A stretch of DNA of 64,000 nucleotides from the NCBI GenBank assembly GCA_030704615.1, contig CM060733.1, forward strand, positions 26,536,001 through 26,600,000, given 5' to 3'. A program made the translations under genes and the position numbers. Under the pieces are notes generated by a model. The model ran no database searches, was not told where the DNA came from, and was given only the letters and a program-made list of their open reading frames with translations. This stretch comes from Takakia lepidozioides (Eukaryota > Plantae > Bryophyta). Below, piece after piece: positions 27,536 to 40,948 of the stretch. Every line of letters begins with the position of its first letter. The stretch's first letter is position 1.

Positions 27536-29875
27536 GTATTTACAAGATCTATGCTAGAGAGGGAAGCAGAAGAGACAATGGGACTAAGTGAGTTGGAAAA
27601 ACGTGCAGCGGAGGAGAGGGAAGAGACAACAACTAATGAAAAAAATAATATGGAAATGGGAGAGGGAAGTTCCAGATACTACTCCACGGAAAACTGATTA
27701 TGGGGAGCGAATGCATAAGCAACAATACCCTGAGTACAACTTAGGGGAGGATTTTGAGTCCTTCTTGGAATTTTTTGAAATCAGCACTGAAATGAATGGA
27801 GCTCCCCCATGGTTCCAAGTCAAGTCTTTTCGGATCTGTCTCAAGGGAGAGGCCAGGCAACTGTTTGAGTCCAATATTAAGGACAAAAATGATCTTACTT
27901 GGGTAGAAGCCAAGAATTGACTCGCAAGCTCTTTCGTGAAGAAAAGCCCATAGCTTACACCACACCAGACTTAAAATTTCATTATGGCGACAATGTGTGG
28001 AAATACTACACTGACTTACGAACTGCAATCTGTAAGTCAGTTTTGATTGCCTCAGAGAGACCTGCTATTTTGAAACATTGTTTTGTAAAGGGCTTGCCCC
28101 CTGCTAAGAAAGTGTTTCTGCAAAAACATACTTACACCACTGAAGATGAGATGGTGGAATTGATTGAAGAAATGTTACGTCTCAAAGCTGCCAAGGCAGG
28201 CCTATCTAAAGTTGCCAACACAAAACACACTCATATGGCTAGTGAGGGTCACTGTGTAGAGCCTACTGATGGGGACCTTGGGGTGAAAGGTATTGCAGAA
28301 GATCTGGTCCCTTCCATTGTGCATGAGTTGTCATCTTTTCGTAATGAAATCCAGGGAAAGCTTCAAGCCTTCAAAGCTGAGGTAGGCTGGAACTCTACAG
28401 TCACTGCCAAATCTGGGCCTCAAGGTAAGACCCATGCTGGCATTCGTCATGAAGCCAGGACTTCAGTGGTGGCATGCATGATCTGCAAGTCCACCAAGCA
28501 TTACACCAGGTGGTACCCTTACCAATCTGACTTACCTGCTCTGATTGAATAGTTACAAAGAGACAAAAAACAGAAGGGTACTTTAAACGAACCTGGTCGT
28601 CTGTAAGGGTGCCAGATGACCATGGTAAGAACCCCAAAATGCTGGTAAGCGCTGTTCTTTCTCGTGATTTCAAACTCATGCACTGTGAGGCCTATAAGCG
28701 CATCAGTAGGGACCGGATCCACCCATTGATGACACAATGTCCCATGTGTTATTGATACTAGACACTAGAAGCATTCGTGTCATTTACCACTGGGGTAACG
28801 ACTCATTTTGAGTCGTAAAAGTCAAAAAACAGGGATCGACTGGAAATTACAACAGACGTGGTAGTTGGGTTGGACATCCAATGATTGGAGTGGTAAAGGA
28901 CGTAGACGCGCGAACAACTGCTCAGCGATTAATGCGATTAATGTTGAAGAACCACGTGGCGTAACCAGGCGGGCCGCCCGTGTGTCTGATGTTTTGAGCT
29001 GACTTTGACTTTTCCCTCCGGATGAGTGGACTGACTCACCTGGGGCGCGGTGACACATGGATGCAGACGTGGATGCGGACGTGGATGCCGATGTGGCGGC
29101 GCCGCGACGAGCGGTAATGCCGCCGCGTGGCCACGGGCTCAAGACGCCACATCGCAGTCGGCCACATAACTTGGAGTGCTGCATGTCACGTGGCAACAGC
29201 CACTGGCGAAGTCAACTGTACAACTGCCGGCAGACGAATCCACGGGGACCACGTGGAGAGTGTGTGGGTCGACGCGTGGCGTCGTCCCCACGCAATGGCA
29301 GTGAGGGGTACGACTGCTAGTGGAAAGACGTAGAGTGCTTGTGCCATCTCGGGACTGCTTTGGCCAACTCCGCTGCCACTATGCTAGTTGGTTGCACTAC
29401 AGTAGGAAAGCACTGCAAATGAGCACTTGTAGTGGTTTGTGTGAGTTGTCCAACTGACTTGCATTCTAAGCTGAAAATATGGTTCTGATGCATTCTACTG
29501 GTTTTAGTGGTTCACCCATATGCAGGGGGAATTGAGAAGCAATGATACTGGGCGACACTCATAACACAGACCACGATGCATGCACAACATCACGCTAATG
29601 AACCAAATAGACGAGGCAACAGGGAGACCAAAGACCATCACACATACACATAGAAGGTGGACGGACACGACGACAAGTCAGGAAATGGAATATTGCATTC
29701 AAATTGGAGACCGTCATGGCACACCTGCATATGAGCAAGACTAAATGCCAACATACATGGTTGCCGGACATCACTTAAATTGTCATGGCCCAAATGTACA
29801 AAACTGGTAACGTGAGTATCATACACACTTTATGAGTATCATTACACACCCAACAGGGACTACAAACATGAAATG

Positions 29876-32800
29876 TCACTTGATACCTTCACCCCTCCTC
29901 ATACTCTTATTTGGCCATAGAGTCACCGTGCCTTTCACGTGCGCTAGTGTGGTCTGGGGGGGGGCATCGTCCACATTTGGGCAAGGCAGTGTAACACTTG
30001 GAAGCATGATCTCGTGGACTTTCACCTTGTACCACCCGGATGGAATGTCCTTGCAGTGGAACTTGTCAACCCCGGCTATTCCCACCACTTCCGCCTTGGC
30101 GGCGGCTGTCTTTGACCGCTTGTCATGGGGGTTCAGGAGAAACACAGGATCTGATATCTGCAGACACCAACATCAGGGTCCACTCAGCAACAAACATAGC
30201 AATGACAGGGTGACAGTCAAGCGCAGCTGGGCATGGAAACGATCTTGGTTGCCACAATACTGAATCAGCAGCAAATTCATGGTGTACCAACCTACCTTGA
30301 AGCGAAGCTCGTCGCTGAGGGTGGCAACTGAGGAAAGTTGCCCACGTGTCTTCAACTGCAGCAGCAAAAAGAGGTTGAGTCAGACGGATAAGAATAACAT
30401 GAACTCTGGTGGTTGCAATGGTATAAACACACCTCCACGGAGCAAGCTAACTTACACCCTGCTCAGACCGTGCACACTACAACCTCCTGGCAAAATTAAC
30501 CCTACTAAAAACCAGCCAGGCAAAGCAAGGAGCCATGAATGCATGCCTGGGGAACCACGTCCTGCTGCGATGAGGGTGCCGGGGACAGCACACTCCTATT
30601 GCTCACTTGCAATGAATACACATTGCAACGCTTCAGGAAGTGTATCCATAAAGGAAACCAACCAAGTAAGTTTGCGGAGAGGGGCTGGGAACAACCATAC
30701 CTTGGAGCCTGCCTCCTCATGCCGGGGGGGAATCCGGAATGCTGCCGCCGTAGCACTATGGTCCTTGGCGCAGGACCCACCTTCTTCACAGACGACCCCA
30801 CTGCCACTCCCTGTACATGTGGTCCCTGCAAAACATATAGTGCCAGCCTTGCGTGAGAGGGCATCCGGGGGGAACAAAACAAACATATCTTATCCATCGA
30901 TGTCATGTTGCAAACAGTAAGGTTAGTTTCACCTACATGGGCGCAGAAGTACTTCCCCCAACGACCCCATCATCTCCCACATTCAAGCTGCCAGTCGGGG
31001 TCAGCTTCCGCGTGCTTGTGAAGACACACACATCCTTGGAGCAAAACAAATCTTGGCAGTAGGGCCAGACTATTTCTAAAAGGTACTCTGAATCGGGCCC
31101 CTCACTGACATTGCTAGTGACATCAAACGACAATGGATGGACCATGTTCAAAGGGGAGTTCCCCCTCCGCTTGTGTGGTGAATCATCCACTAGGAGGGTG
31201 TTGGATTCGTTAAATCCAGAAAATTCCGACCACACCCTCGACAGTCTCTTCTGTAAGTTCTGTACGGCAGGCCCTTTTGTGGGGTGTGGCTCTGTCAAGG
31301 GGTCACACTCCTCTTGTGACCACACAAAGAGGGGAGAACCCTTGACCCCCTGCATCACCACTTTGAAGATGTCTGCAACATTCCCCTTGGAAGCACAGGA
31401 CCATATCCCAACGTAGAAATGCCGGAAGAGAAGGTTTAAAAACTCGCAGACCTGGGGCCTTGGGAAAACATACTTGTTGGTGGTCAACACCCATGGCCAA
31501 TGACGCCTCGGGTTGGGCTGAAAGTTAGGAATAGAGTGGCAAAGGATCCCGTTCAGGTCTAGAACAATTAGTTTCGACTTTTCTATGAAAGGAGCTTTTG
31601 AAGGGGCCTCAGTGGGTTGGGAGACAACAGTCACCCCGGAGGGCAAAGTTTCGGTCCCCCTGCAGCCTGGACCAGGCAAACTACCACCCTCTCCCCCTAC
31701 AGCTTCCCCTTTTCCCTTGATAGAATGAGCAATGACCCCCCCATCGTCCATGTCATCCCCACCAACTCGCTGGACCTCTCCCTCTTCAACGAGTGGACCC
31801 TGCCCCCCACTGTGAAGATCATCAACAACAGGCTGGACCTCTGTCACATCCCTACCCACTACAATTACTTCCTCCTTCTCAGGTACAATGGTCGCAGCAG
31901 GGGGGTCTTCCATAATGCCACCCGTCACACCCCCTTTTTGCCTCATCATGAGTTCCACTATCTTCTTCAGTTGTGCTTCCATTCCCTCTCCCGCTCTGCA
32001 GAGAGAGCCGCAAGCCTCTCCAGGGCCCCGATGCGGGCTGCCATTGAGTTCCCCGCTCCCTACGCATACAAACACCCACCCGTACTGTTAAAAACCAGAA
32101 GAAGAGGCCGAATGTGAAGGATTTCAGGCATTCGGAGATGGCTGGGTTTGGCATAACACCCCTCGTGTACCATGCGTGGGGGCCCCACATACCCACCAAA
32201 TCTTAGTACAACAACAGATTCATGAATGGAAACCGGACTTCAAAACATATCTGGCTCAAAACAGACTCTGATGGGGTGCCAGTCGCATAGTTCTTTTGCT
32301 CCGCCCCGAGCTCGGACAGTGACGGGCTCCGCGCTTTGCGTCTTTTCTGTATTTGCCCATCCACACACTGTCAGTACAAAATGCCAGGAGCATATGGACA
32401 AAGCACTGCCCTGCATATCACATAACAACTAATTCTGCACGAGCAATAAAACCCACTCGTGGGTGTCTCTTCCATCAGAACATGCCACAACGTAGGAGCA
32501 ATGAGAAGGGGGTGAGGAGATTACCAAACGGGCTGCTTGGCCTGCAACTCCTGCCCGGCCCCAACGCGAGGGGTTCGTGACACAAGCACGCGCTTGCTTC
32601 ATCCCTTCAGCCTTTGCAAGTCCACGAGGGGACTCCCAGTAGGCAACAAGCTTATCCCAATAGGCGGGTTCAGTGTTCATTGGCCTCACACCAGTCTTTG
32701 CCCATTTATCTTTCAGTTTTGCTCTTTCTCCTTTCATTATCTGTACTCGTACATTCCATTTATGCCCTCTATTACTGTTGACATGGCACTCTGGGACTGC

Positions 32801-33375
32801 TGGTCAATGTCTTGTACGCTTGAGTCAAGGTAACGCAATGCCAGGCCACGCAAATCACGCTGCCAGTGTTCCTTACCTTCGCAGCCAACATTGATGACTC
32901 CATTTCCATGCACCTCCATCTTGTGGCGCTTTAGCCCTGCAGCCACCCTTCCCTCTCCATCTCCTTCCCATTGTTTCATGGCATGGCGTCGTTCCTTCCT
33001 CAGCTCTGATGTCCGTTTCCTGCCCCCATGCTCTGGAGCAGCGCCGTCATACGTTGTGGGGGGTGACTGATGTGTGCCGGAGGGGGGAGGGCCGTATGGA
33101 GATGTGGGAGGCCCCCATTGTGACGTGCCAGCATCAGGAAGCCAGCGCCACGACCCGAAGCAGGGGGGCTCCCCATGGTGCACTCTATTGTGGAGACCAT
33201 GCGGCAGGGGGTGGGTGCCAAGGTTGGTGTTGGTTGGCATTGTGTGGTGGCTGTGAGTGTTTTGCTGCAGCTTCACTCCCCTTCCGCTGCCAAAAACATC
33301 CCACACACAAGGTGCATCAGCTGTAGTCCTACTGAACACAACGTCACCAGAGCACAAACGATCCCACAACCACAA
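29876..33375 (-). pseudogene. CACTA accessory (TnpA/ORF2-like) multi-exon gene: Ptta/En/Spm (Transposase_24-like) region, FCP1/NIF-type HAD phosphatase domain, Tnp1-like C-terminal domain
   Basis: 32737-32525: YWDKLVAYWESPRGLAKAEGMKQAR..WGRAG, then GTAAT donor. Next candidate exon KRRKARSPSLSEL (from 32346). 31580-31050: LIVLDLNGIL..PRP..EFL..VGIWS..WSQEEC..QKRL..NTLLVDDSPHK. 30158-29876: AEVVG..KFHCKDIPSGWYKVKV..LPCP..LWP. Frame break at about 32737; the 5' start is uncertain. Confidence 0.72.
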
Positions 33376-33738
33376 CTATGGATTGGCTGACCTCAAACCC
33401 ACTCCCCTGCAGCGCAAGTGCCAAAAACTGAAAAGGAGAGGGACAGAATGTCCTCATAACATGTAAGGCCATTCATTGGTGAAGAAACATAATGTGGGCG
33501 GGTTCACATCAGTACCATCATACACACTTACCAGGAAACAGAACATCCATTTGGGTTTTGCACATAGGGAGTGGACATCTATTCACACAATCAGCAAATG
33601 GCTGTATGGCGGAGCCCAACATCGAAGCCCCAAAAGGCCTAAAGACTCTCAATGTTTGTAAACACAGGTGCAGACACAATTCAATTGATAGCTTGGATAT
33701 CCAGTGGTCTGTATGATGATAGCACCCCGGGCAGTGAG

Positions 33739-34890
33739 TCAGACAATGATCCTATGACGTTGGTAGTAAGACTTACCTTCGTATAAAGCATTGATCCGGG
33801 TTTTCCAGATATCCTCTAGAAATCCCTTCACACAAGCATCAATCTGCTGTGTGTGATTTGCCCAAAAACTAGGCCTCAGGAGGGCCTGGGCTTTTGGCTC
33901 AGCCTCGAGTCTTTCAAAGTTGGTAAATAGGGGTACAGGCACAATTCCCTTGATAGAATTGAAGAGAGCGTCTCTTTGGTGAGAGAACCCCGGACAGCGT
34001 ATCAGAAAATGAATACTGTCTTCAGATTGCCCACACAACGGACAATTGCACGCTCCCTTTCCGATCTGCTTCTGTTTGCTGTTCAAAGGTAGGCTTCCTG
34101 CCCTGAGTTTAAATTTCAGTCTAGTGCCGAGAGTGGGTGGACCCTTCAGGTCATCCAAGATGTCCACCCCCATGTCACTGACTGGAAACAAGTTCAGGGA
34201 AGTTCTCTGCCTAACTTCATTTTCATCAGACAATCTCATGGCAACAGACATGGCTTCAGACACTACAGCCTGTAAGGCAGATTTATCCAGCAGGGTCAAG
34301 ACTTGCGGATCCAGGTCCAGGTCCTTGAGAATCTTTTCTACTCTCTTCTGCCAGGACTTAGTCTGTTTGACAGGGCGGTCCTGTTTCCAAGATTTAGAGT
34401 CGATCAACTTAGGATATGTGGTGTTGGGCATATGTTGCAGCTGACCCCACCATGACCTTGAATTCATCTCGTCGGGAGCTTAAGGATGGGATGCCAAACT
34501 CACCCCCGAACAACCACATTGGCTGTTTTCTCCATGCTGACATACACTCCTTAAGCACCCCCACTTGAATGGATTCTAGAGACTTAGCCTGGTTGGAGTT
34601 ATCAACCCATATAGCAGATCCGTACTCCAAGGCAGGTCTAATAACGCGACAAAGCATGGTTTTCTTAACCTCAGAGATGACCCCTCTGCAGTGGAAAAAT
34701 TTAGTGAGCCCCAGAGCTTTGCCCTTGCCAGTTTGAACAACTTTCCGTATATGTGCATCCCAATTACAATTGGAGGAAAACTCAACGCCTAGGTAAGTGT
34801 AGGAAGGGAGGACCGAGATCTCTTGGCTACCCCACTGCCACTTAAGATCACTTCCTCCCTCTCCTCTGTTGTTGATTGCTACCACTGCAC
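33739..34890 (-). mobile_element. Non-LTR retrotransposon 3' fragment (post-RT region and CCHC finger), inserted in the CACTA
   Basis: YTYLGV, IRPALEYGSAIW, LRAGSLPL, CPLCGQSEDSIHFLIRCP. Same family as 62160-64000. Confidence 0.88.
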
Positions 34891-34914
34891 ATTTCTGCCT
34901 AACTTCATTTTCTG

Positions 34915-35410
34915 CCCAATCACATCTCCTCTACGCTGATGATGTTGCCCTTTTGGCACAATCCCCGGTCTTTCTGCAACGCCATCTCTAAATTTTGGAA
35001 CAGTTCTGCAAAGACTATGGGATGCAAGTCAATCTTAGCAAGACCAAGATCATGGTCTTCAATGGCCAGGCTGATCGTAGATTCATCTTCAACCAGCAGG
35101 AAATTGAGATTGTCAAATCATACCGGTACCTAGGTCTGGTTATCCACTCCCCCAAGTTTCACTTTGCAGCCACTGCCTTGGACAGATTGACTAAAGGTAA
35201 GGCGGCCTCCGTCCGCCTTCACGCCAAATGCAAGCAAATACATGTGCGGCATCCCCCGACCAAAAAGTGTCTGTTTGACACCGTCGTCAGCCCTGCTACC
35301 ATCTATGGTTGTGAGTTCTGGGCACCTGGTGTCCCTGTCTCCTGGTGGGAAAAGATTTTGGAACCATTACAGTCATCTTTTCTCCAAGCAATGCTGGTTA
35401 CCTCGACTCA
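34915..35410 (+). mobile_element. RT fragment of a second LINE family
   Basis: LYADDVAL (34930), FCKDYGMQVNLSKTKIMVF, YRYLG, LFDTVVSPATIYGCEFW. Confidence 0.85.
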
Positions 35411-35444
35411 CTAGCTGAGCTCTTAGCTTGACACGGTTTTCATG

Positions 35445-36165
35445 TGCATGTTAGCATGCTCCAAAACAGCCAATGTGGCTGTTCGGGGCGAGTTTGGCAT
35501 TCGTTCCTAAAGCTCCCGACGACATAAATTCAAGGTCAGATGGTGGGGCCAGTTGCAACAATGAACCGATATTAGCCTTGAGTAGTTCTCTGACTCTTTG
35601 TGGGCCCTTCTATGGTTATTTGTTTGTTGTTCTACTCCTTGTGGCCCTTTAGGAATCCCACAGACGTGATACACATATCTCTTTCCTCACTTTCGGTCCT
35701 TCACTGACTACCAGAAATGTCACACCGTATGTCTGCATCTGAAACTTTTCACCTTTGAGACAACATTCTGTAGCACGCTCTGCTAGCTTCACATTGCCAT
35801 GTATTCTGCAGGCACTAAGTAAAGCCCCACACTAAAGCATCTGGTTTAATTGGCATTCTGTTGATGAAATTCTCCGCCTCATCCAAGCGCCCTGCACGGC
35901 CAAGAAGGTCAACCATGCAGCCAAAATGTTTTCCTGTTGGAATGATTCTATTATCACACACAGCAGATTGATGCTTGTGTGAAGGGTTTTCTAGAGGATA
36001 TCTGGAAAACCCGGATTAATTCCTTATATGATGGTAAGTCTTACTACCACCGTCAGCCCCTGACGGAGGTAGGTTCTGTTCCTTTTGTTCCCGCTCAAAC
36101 TAGGCGCAGGGTCAATGGCCACAAGGCTACGACATACAACGTCTTATGAGTACAATAATCTCTAC
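35445..36165 (+). mobile_element. Plus-strand pieces of the first LINE family, including its 3' terminus
   Basis: 35445-35560 is an inverted match to about 34435-34545. 35953-36055 is an inverted match to about 33756-33858. The fragment ends ...GHKATTYNVL* followed by GTACAATAATCTCT. Confidence 0.8.
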
Positions 36166-36884
36166 TCATAGAATGGAAATAGTGTTGTCCTTCATCTACT
36201 AGGCCCATATGGCTGCATGCAGACAGAACTGCAATGAGTGTAACATCATTTGGCTTCACCCCTTGCTGTTTCAAAACTTGGTTGAAAAGTTGCAGAGCAT
36301 CTTTGCCATGCCCTTGCTTGCCCTCTTCTACAGCTGGGCACAGGGAGTGTCGTTGAGGCTGAAAAGGGGAAATTTGACCAGGTCATATCCGTTTGTGTTA
36401 CTTCGAAGGTGTGGGCCAGCCTGCCAAAAGGTCAAAACAGGTGCATGCTGACATATGAAAGTCTGGCGTCGTGGAGATTGTTGGCTGTGAGGTGGGGATG
36501 GGGTTATCATCTTTCCTGGTAAATGAAGATATGATTGACATATCTCCTCTCCCATAAACTGTCACATTTCCTATAGGAAGTTCTTGTGACGCCCTTGACA
36601 TGCTGTTGATGTGAATGAAAGCAGGCTGCAGTAGCAACAATGGAGAATTCAGGGTGTTTGGATTGGGGCAGAGCATACCATGGAAGAGAACAAGGGGCCC
36701 AATAGTTCGTGCAGTTGGGGGAGTTGACGTATGTACTTCCCCACACGGCCTTTGCCTCTCTTCACCATCTGTACTGAAGGTGCATAGATGGAACAAATCT
36801 CCAGTCTTTTGGTGTGCTCTTGTAATTCTGATATGCCCATAGACCCACTTCTCTCTCCTGTCTATCTTGAGTTCCCCAACAAAA

Positions 36885-39800
36885 ATGAGTTCCCCTCGCC
36901 CATGCGGAGGACTTCCAATTAATCACCCCTGTAGACAGAACAACCGGGATGACAGGTTGTGGGAAAGAGAAGTGGCACGTGCCCGAGCCCTTGGGCTTTC
37001 AAGGATGCCATGCCCATGTGAACGTTGTTTGGGCACTACAAGTAGATCTGAGGACGGTGTGCGCACATATCTCCTTCACCACAAAAGACATGAAACATTT
37101 CGGGTGTGGATTGGAGATGGATCTGCAGACAAAGACGATGAGGAGTGGGCACAATTGGACAATGCACACCCCCAAGGGAGCCATACAGACAAGCCAGACG
37201 AGGACTATGTCATGGGCGCAGGACAGGAACCAGGCATGGACGGAGGGGTGGAGATTACTCGAATGTTGCAGAAAGAATTCCACATCATGGACGATGCTGA
37301 AGAGGGGGACGGCGCTGCGACAACTGGGGATGGTGATGACGCAGGAAATGAAGGCATTCACGTGGGGGAAGGCGTGGAAGGAGGTGGAGATGGAAATGAG
37401 AATTCTGCACACATGACACTAGAAGAAGCATGTGTGCCACTGTACGAGGGATGCAAATCCACAAAGCTTGCTGCCAGCATGCTGTTGATGAACCTGTGCA
37501 CAACCCACGGTGTGTCAGACCATTTTGTGGACGAGTTGTTCTCTTTGCTTCGGCTGAACTTGCTTCCACAACCAAATGAAATGCCAAAAAGCTGTCACAT
37601 GGCCAACAAAATGATTGGGAAGCTCGGCCTCAACTACGTGAAAATACATGCATGTCCAAAAGGACATGTACTTTTCAGAAGAGAGTACAAGGACGCTATG
37701 GAGTGCCCCAAATGCGGTGCAGCCCGATACCATGATGTGGGCAGGTTACAACAGCCAGCCAAGGTGTTGAGGCACTTTCCCCTTATTTTCCCGTCTATTA
37801 CGAATGTACAAATGCAAGGCCATTAGTGAGCTCATGACTTGGCATTCCAGGAATGCCTCAAACGATGGTTTGGTAAGGCATGTCCCAGATTCCCTTGCAT
37901 GGAAGCATATAGATGCAACTTGGCCCGATTTCGCCGAGGACCCACGCAATGTGCGATTGGCTGTATCTACGGATGGAGTAAACCCATACGGATCAAAGAG
38001 TTGCACATGGTCCACATGGCCCGTGCAGTTGGTGGCATACAACCTGCCACCATGGTTGACAACAAAGAAATTCTTTGTCATGTTGTCTCTCTTGATTCCA
38101 GGCAAGGAGTCCGTGACAAATGCAAACATAGATGTGTATTTGCAACCATTGATTGAAGAGCTACAGGAGTTGAAGCTTACGACATTTTGAAACCAGTAGG
38201 GCAACGGAGTTTCACCCTCCGTGCCATACTCATGTGGTCAATCCACGATTTCCCCGCATATGGCCTTATTGCGGGTTGCAAGACGAAGGGCTACAAAGGG
38301 TGCCCCATTTGTGGGCCCTATGTGGATTCACGGCACTCAAAGCCATTAGGGAAGACAATATACATGGGGCATCGACGTTACCTTGCAAGAAACCACCCCT
38401 ACCTACGAGCAGGCCGACACTTCAATGGATGTGTTGAAAAGAAAATGGCACCAAATGCTGTGACACCGGAGGAGACATTGCAATTTGCAAAGGAGAAAGA
38501 GGCGTTCATGGAGATTGGAGGGAGAGAAGGAAGTAGTGCGGATCTAGCCATGTCGCACGGGGTGAAGCGCCGGACAATCCTTTGGGATTTGCCATACTGG
38601 AAGGTGCATGAATCCCCCCCCCCCCCCCATTCACTCACTTTCTTTCACATTGTGCTTCCTGGAATTACCTTTGCTGTCAGGAGTCCTTCCACCAACTCCT
38701 AAGTCAGTGTAACTACTATGCAGTAGATGTTGAAGTCGTACACCTCACTGTGTAGAGGATCGTGCAGTTGTTGAAAGCATAATGTAGTAACATGGACAAC
38801 TTCTGCCACATATTCTACTATTTTTGCCCATAGAACTTGGTCTCATGGGAGGACATTTGGCATTTCAGAACCTCTTGCAGCGGTACCTCCTGGACCCCAT
38901 GCATTGTGAGAAGAACTTATGCGAGAACATTCTGAAGACTATCTTTGGGAGAAGGATACGATAAACGTACGAAAGAACATGGAGATTGAAGGGATACGGT
39001 CACATCTGTGGCTAAGGCCTGATCCAAATAGACCAGGCAAAGTGCTCATGCCAAAAGCATCATACGTCCTGACCAAATCAGAGCAAGAGGAATTTTTGAA
39101 GACATTGGGAGCCATGAAAGTGCCAACCGGATTCTCGGGTGCTTTCCAAAAGCATGCCATAAACAAGAAATGGTCGGGGATGAAGTCACATGATCTACAC
39201 GTGATGATGCAGCAGATTTTGCCAGTGTGCATTCGGGGTACGATGGTGTCGGGTCCTCGAACAACCATAATGCGTGTAAGTCGAGTGTTTAGGAAGATTT
39301 GTGCGAAGGTGTGGGATCCGAGGGACATTACATCGCTGCATGAGGATGTGGCTGTGACCCTATGTTTGCTGGAGAAAGAATTCCCTCCATCATTCTTTGA
39401 CGTCATGACGCACTTGCTAGTGCATCTTGTAGAGGAGCTGCATGTGTGTGGGCCCATAGCCAGCCGTTGGATGTACCCCATGGAGAGGTACATGAAGGAT
39501 CTGAAGGGGTATGTACGCAACATGACACGGCCAGAGGGGAGTATGGCGGAGGGCTACATCCGCGACGAAGCCCTGGGCTTCATGACAGAGTATATGTCTT
39601 CATTTGATGCAATACAACGACGGGTGTGGGACGAGAACGAGGAAGAATGAGTTGTAGGCGAGGTCCTAGAAGGTGGTGGAACAAAGCGTGCCATGAGCCC
39701 GCGCCTTCGGGATGTGGCACATGATTATGTGCTGAACAACACAACAACCATGACACCATGGAGACAGTGGGTGTAAACTTTACATCCCTCCTGTGCTATT

Positions 39801-40948
39801 CTTAATGGTCTTTGTATGCATGAATTACATATATATTGTCACAAGTCATTCCGGCCACTATGGGAGTGGGATCGTGTACTAACAGGGTGCTTCAGACGAC
39901 AACAGAGGGTGTTTCGTAGTTGGTGTTGTTGCTTGCAAGTGATCATGAAGTAGGCTGCATCACTACAATGTGCTTGAAAGGACACACTCTACATGTGGCA
40001 TGCATGTACAGTACGGTGTTGGTCAGGGGGACTGAGTTGCAGCTTCTATTTGGTTTCTGCCAGAAAATACGCAGCGGAGAAGGTCCGCCTGAAAACGGAA
40101 CGGAGAGCATTTGCAAAGCATGGTGGAGGGGCGGTCGTAGGCGCAGATCCCCGGTGGAGTACCCGACAACAATGGAGGAGCTGCAGCCCTTTATAGTGTG
40201 GGTCAGATCTGCAATTGCAGTGTACGCATCAGAGAACGAGGACCCAGATGAGGGCATGGTGAGTCTGTCATTCCCCCCAGGGCTGATTGTCACTTCGTAC
40301 CGATCAATGAAAGCATATGGCAATCACTATAGAGTGGACGATGCCAACACCAGCCTCCTGGTGACTTATGACAGCGGAGTGGCATCATTTTTTGAACAAG
40401 AGAGTAGGAGCTGTGCACGAGATCGGAATCCAATTTCATGCCATGTGCAATATGTAGAAGTGATCAAAGAGATCCTTAAACTAGACTATGGTCTTGTGAA
40501 GCCAATTCTATTCCGTTGTTCTTGGGTAAAAGCCAATATGGTAGGAGAGAATGCCACCATGAAACGGGATGAGTACGGGTTCCTCCTTGCTAATTTCAGA
40601 AAAATGCTACCACAAGATGAAGAGCCATTCATCTTCCCATCGCAAGTTGAGCAAGTTTTCTTTTCAGATGACATCCATGCGCCGGGATGGAAAGTGGTTC
40701 TTCACAAGGACCCCCGGGCCAAACGAGTCGTTGCCGACGTCCATGATCTGGACCTAGGGGAGAATGCCGACCACGAGGGTCTGAGGGAATCACGAAATCT
40801 ACCAGATACGGCCGAACCAGTCTCTTTGGAAGGAGCAGTTACCTTTAATGAGGAAGACATTCCAGGGTTGGTAATTACCTCCAGGCAAATTGCAGATGTG
40901 GGTAGTGAAGGGGAAGATTATTTGGATACGGATAGTGAGCCCAGCTGA
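36885..40948 (+). pseudogene. CACTA TnpD-type DDE transposase (Transposase_21/DUF4218/DUF4216-like), disrupted
   Basis: CPCERC N-terminal domain, IHACPKGHVLF..CPKC, STDGVNP, YNLPPW, HDFPAY, LDPMHCEKN, MKSHDLH, FPPSFFDVMTHL, RWMYPMERYM, PEGSMAEGY, EPFIFPSQVEQVFF. Introns at about 38603-38868 and 39768-40063. Frameshifts near 37790, 38185 and 38920; in-frame stop at 39648. Confidence 0.95.

Noticed and set aside
32735-32739. TAATG stop-start overlap in the TnpA-like gene as translational reinitiation
   Set aside because: The element has several other disabling lesions, so a deletion or frameshift is the simpler explanation.
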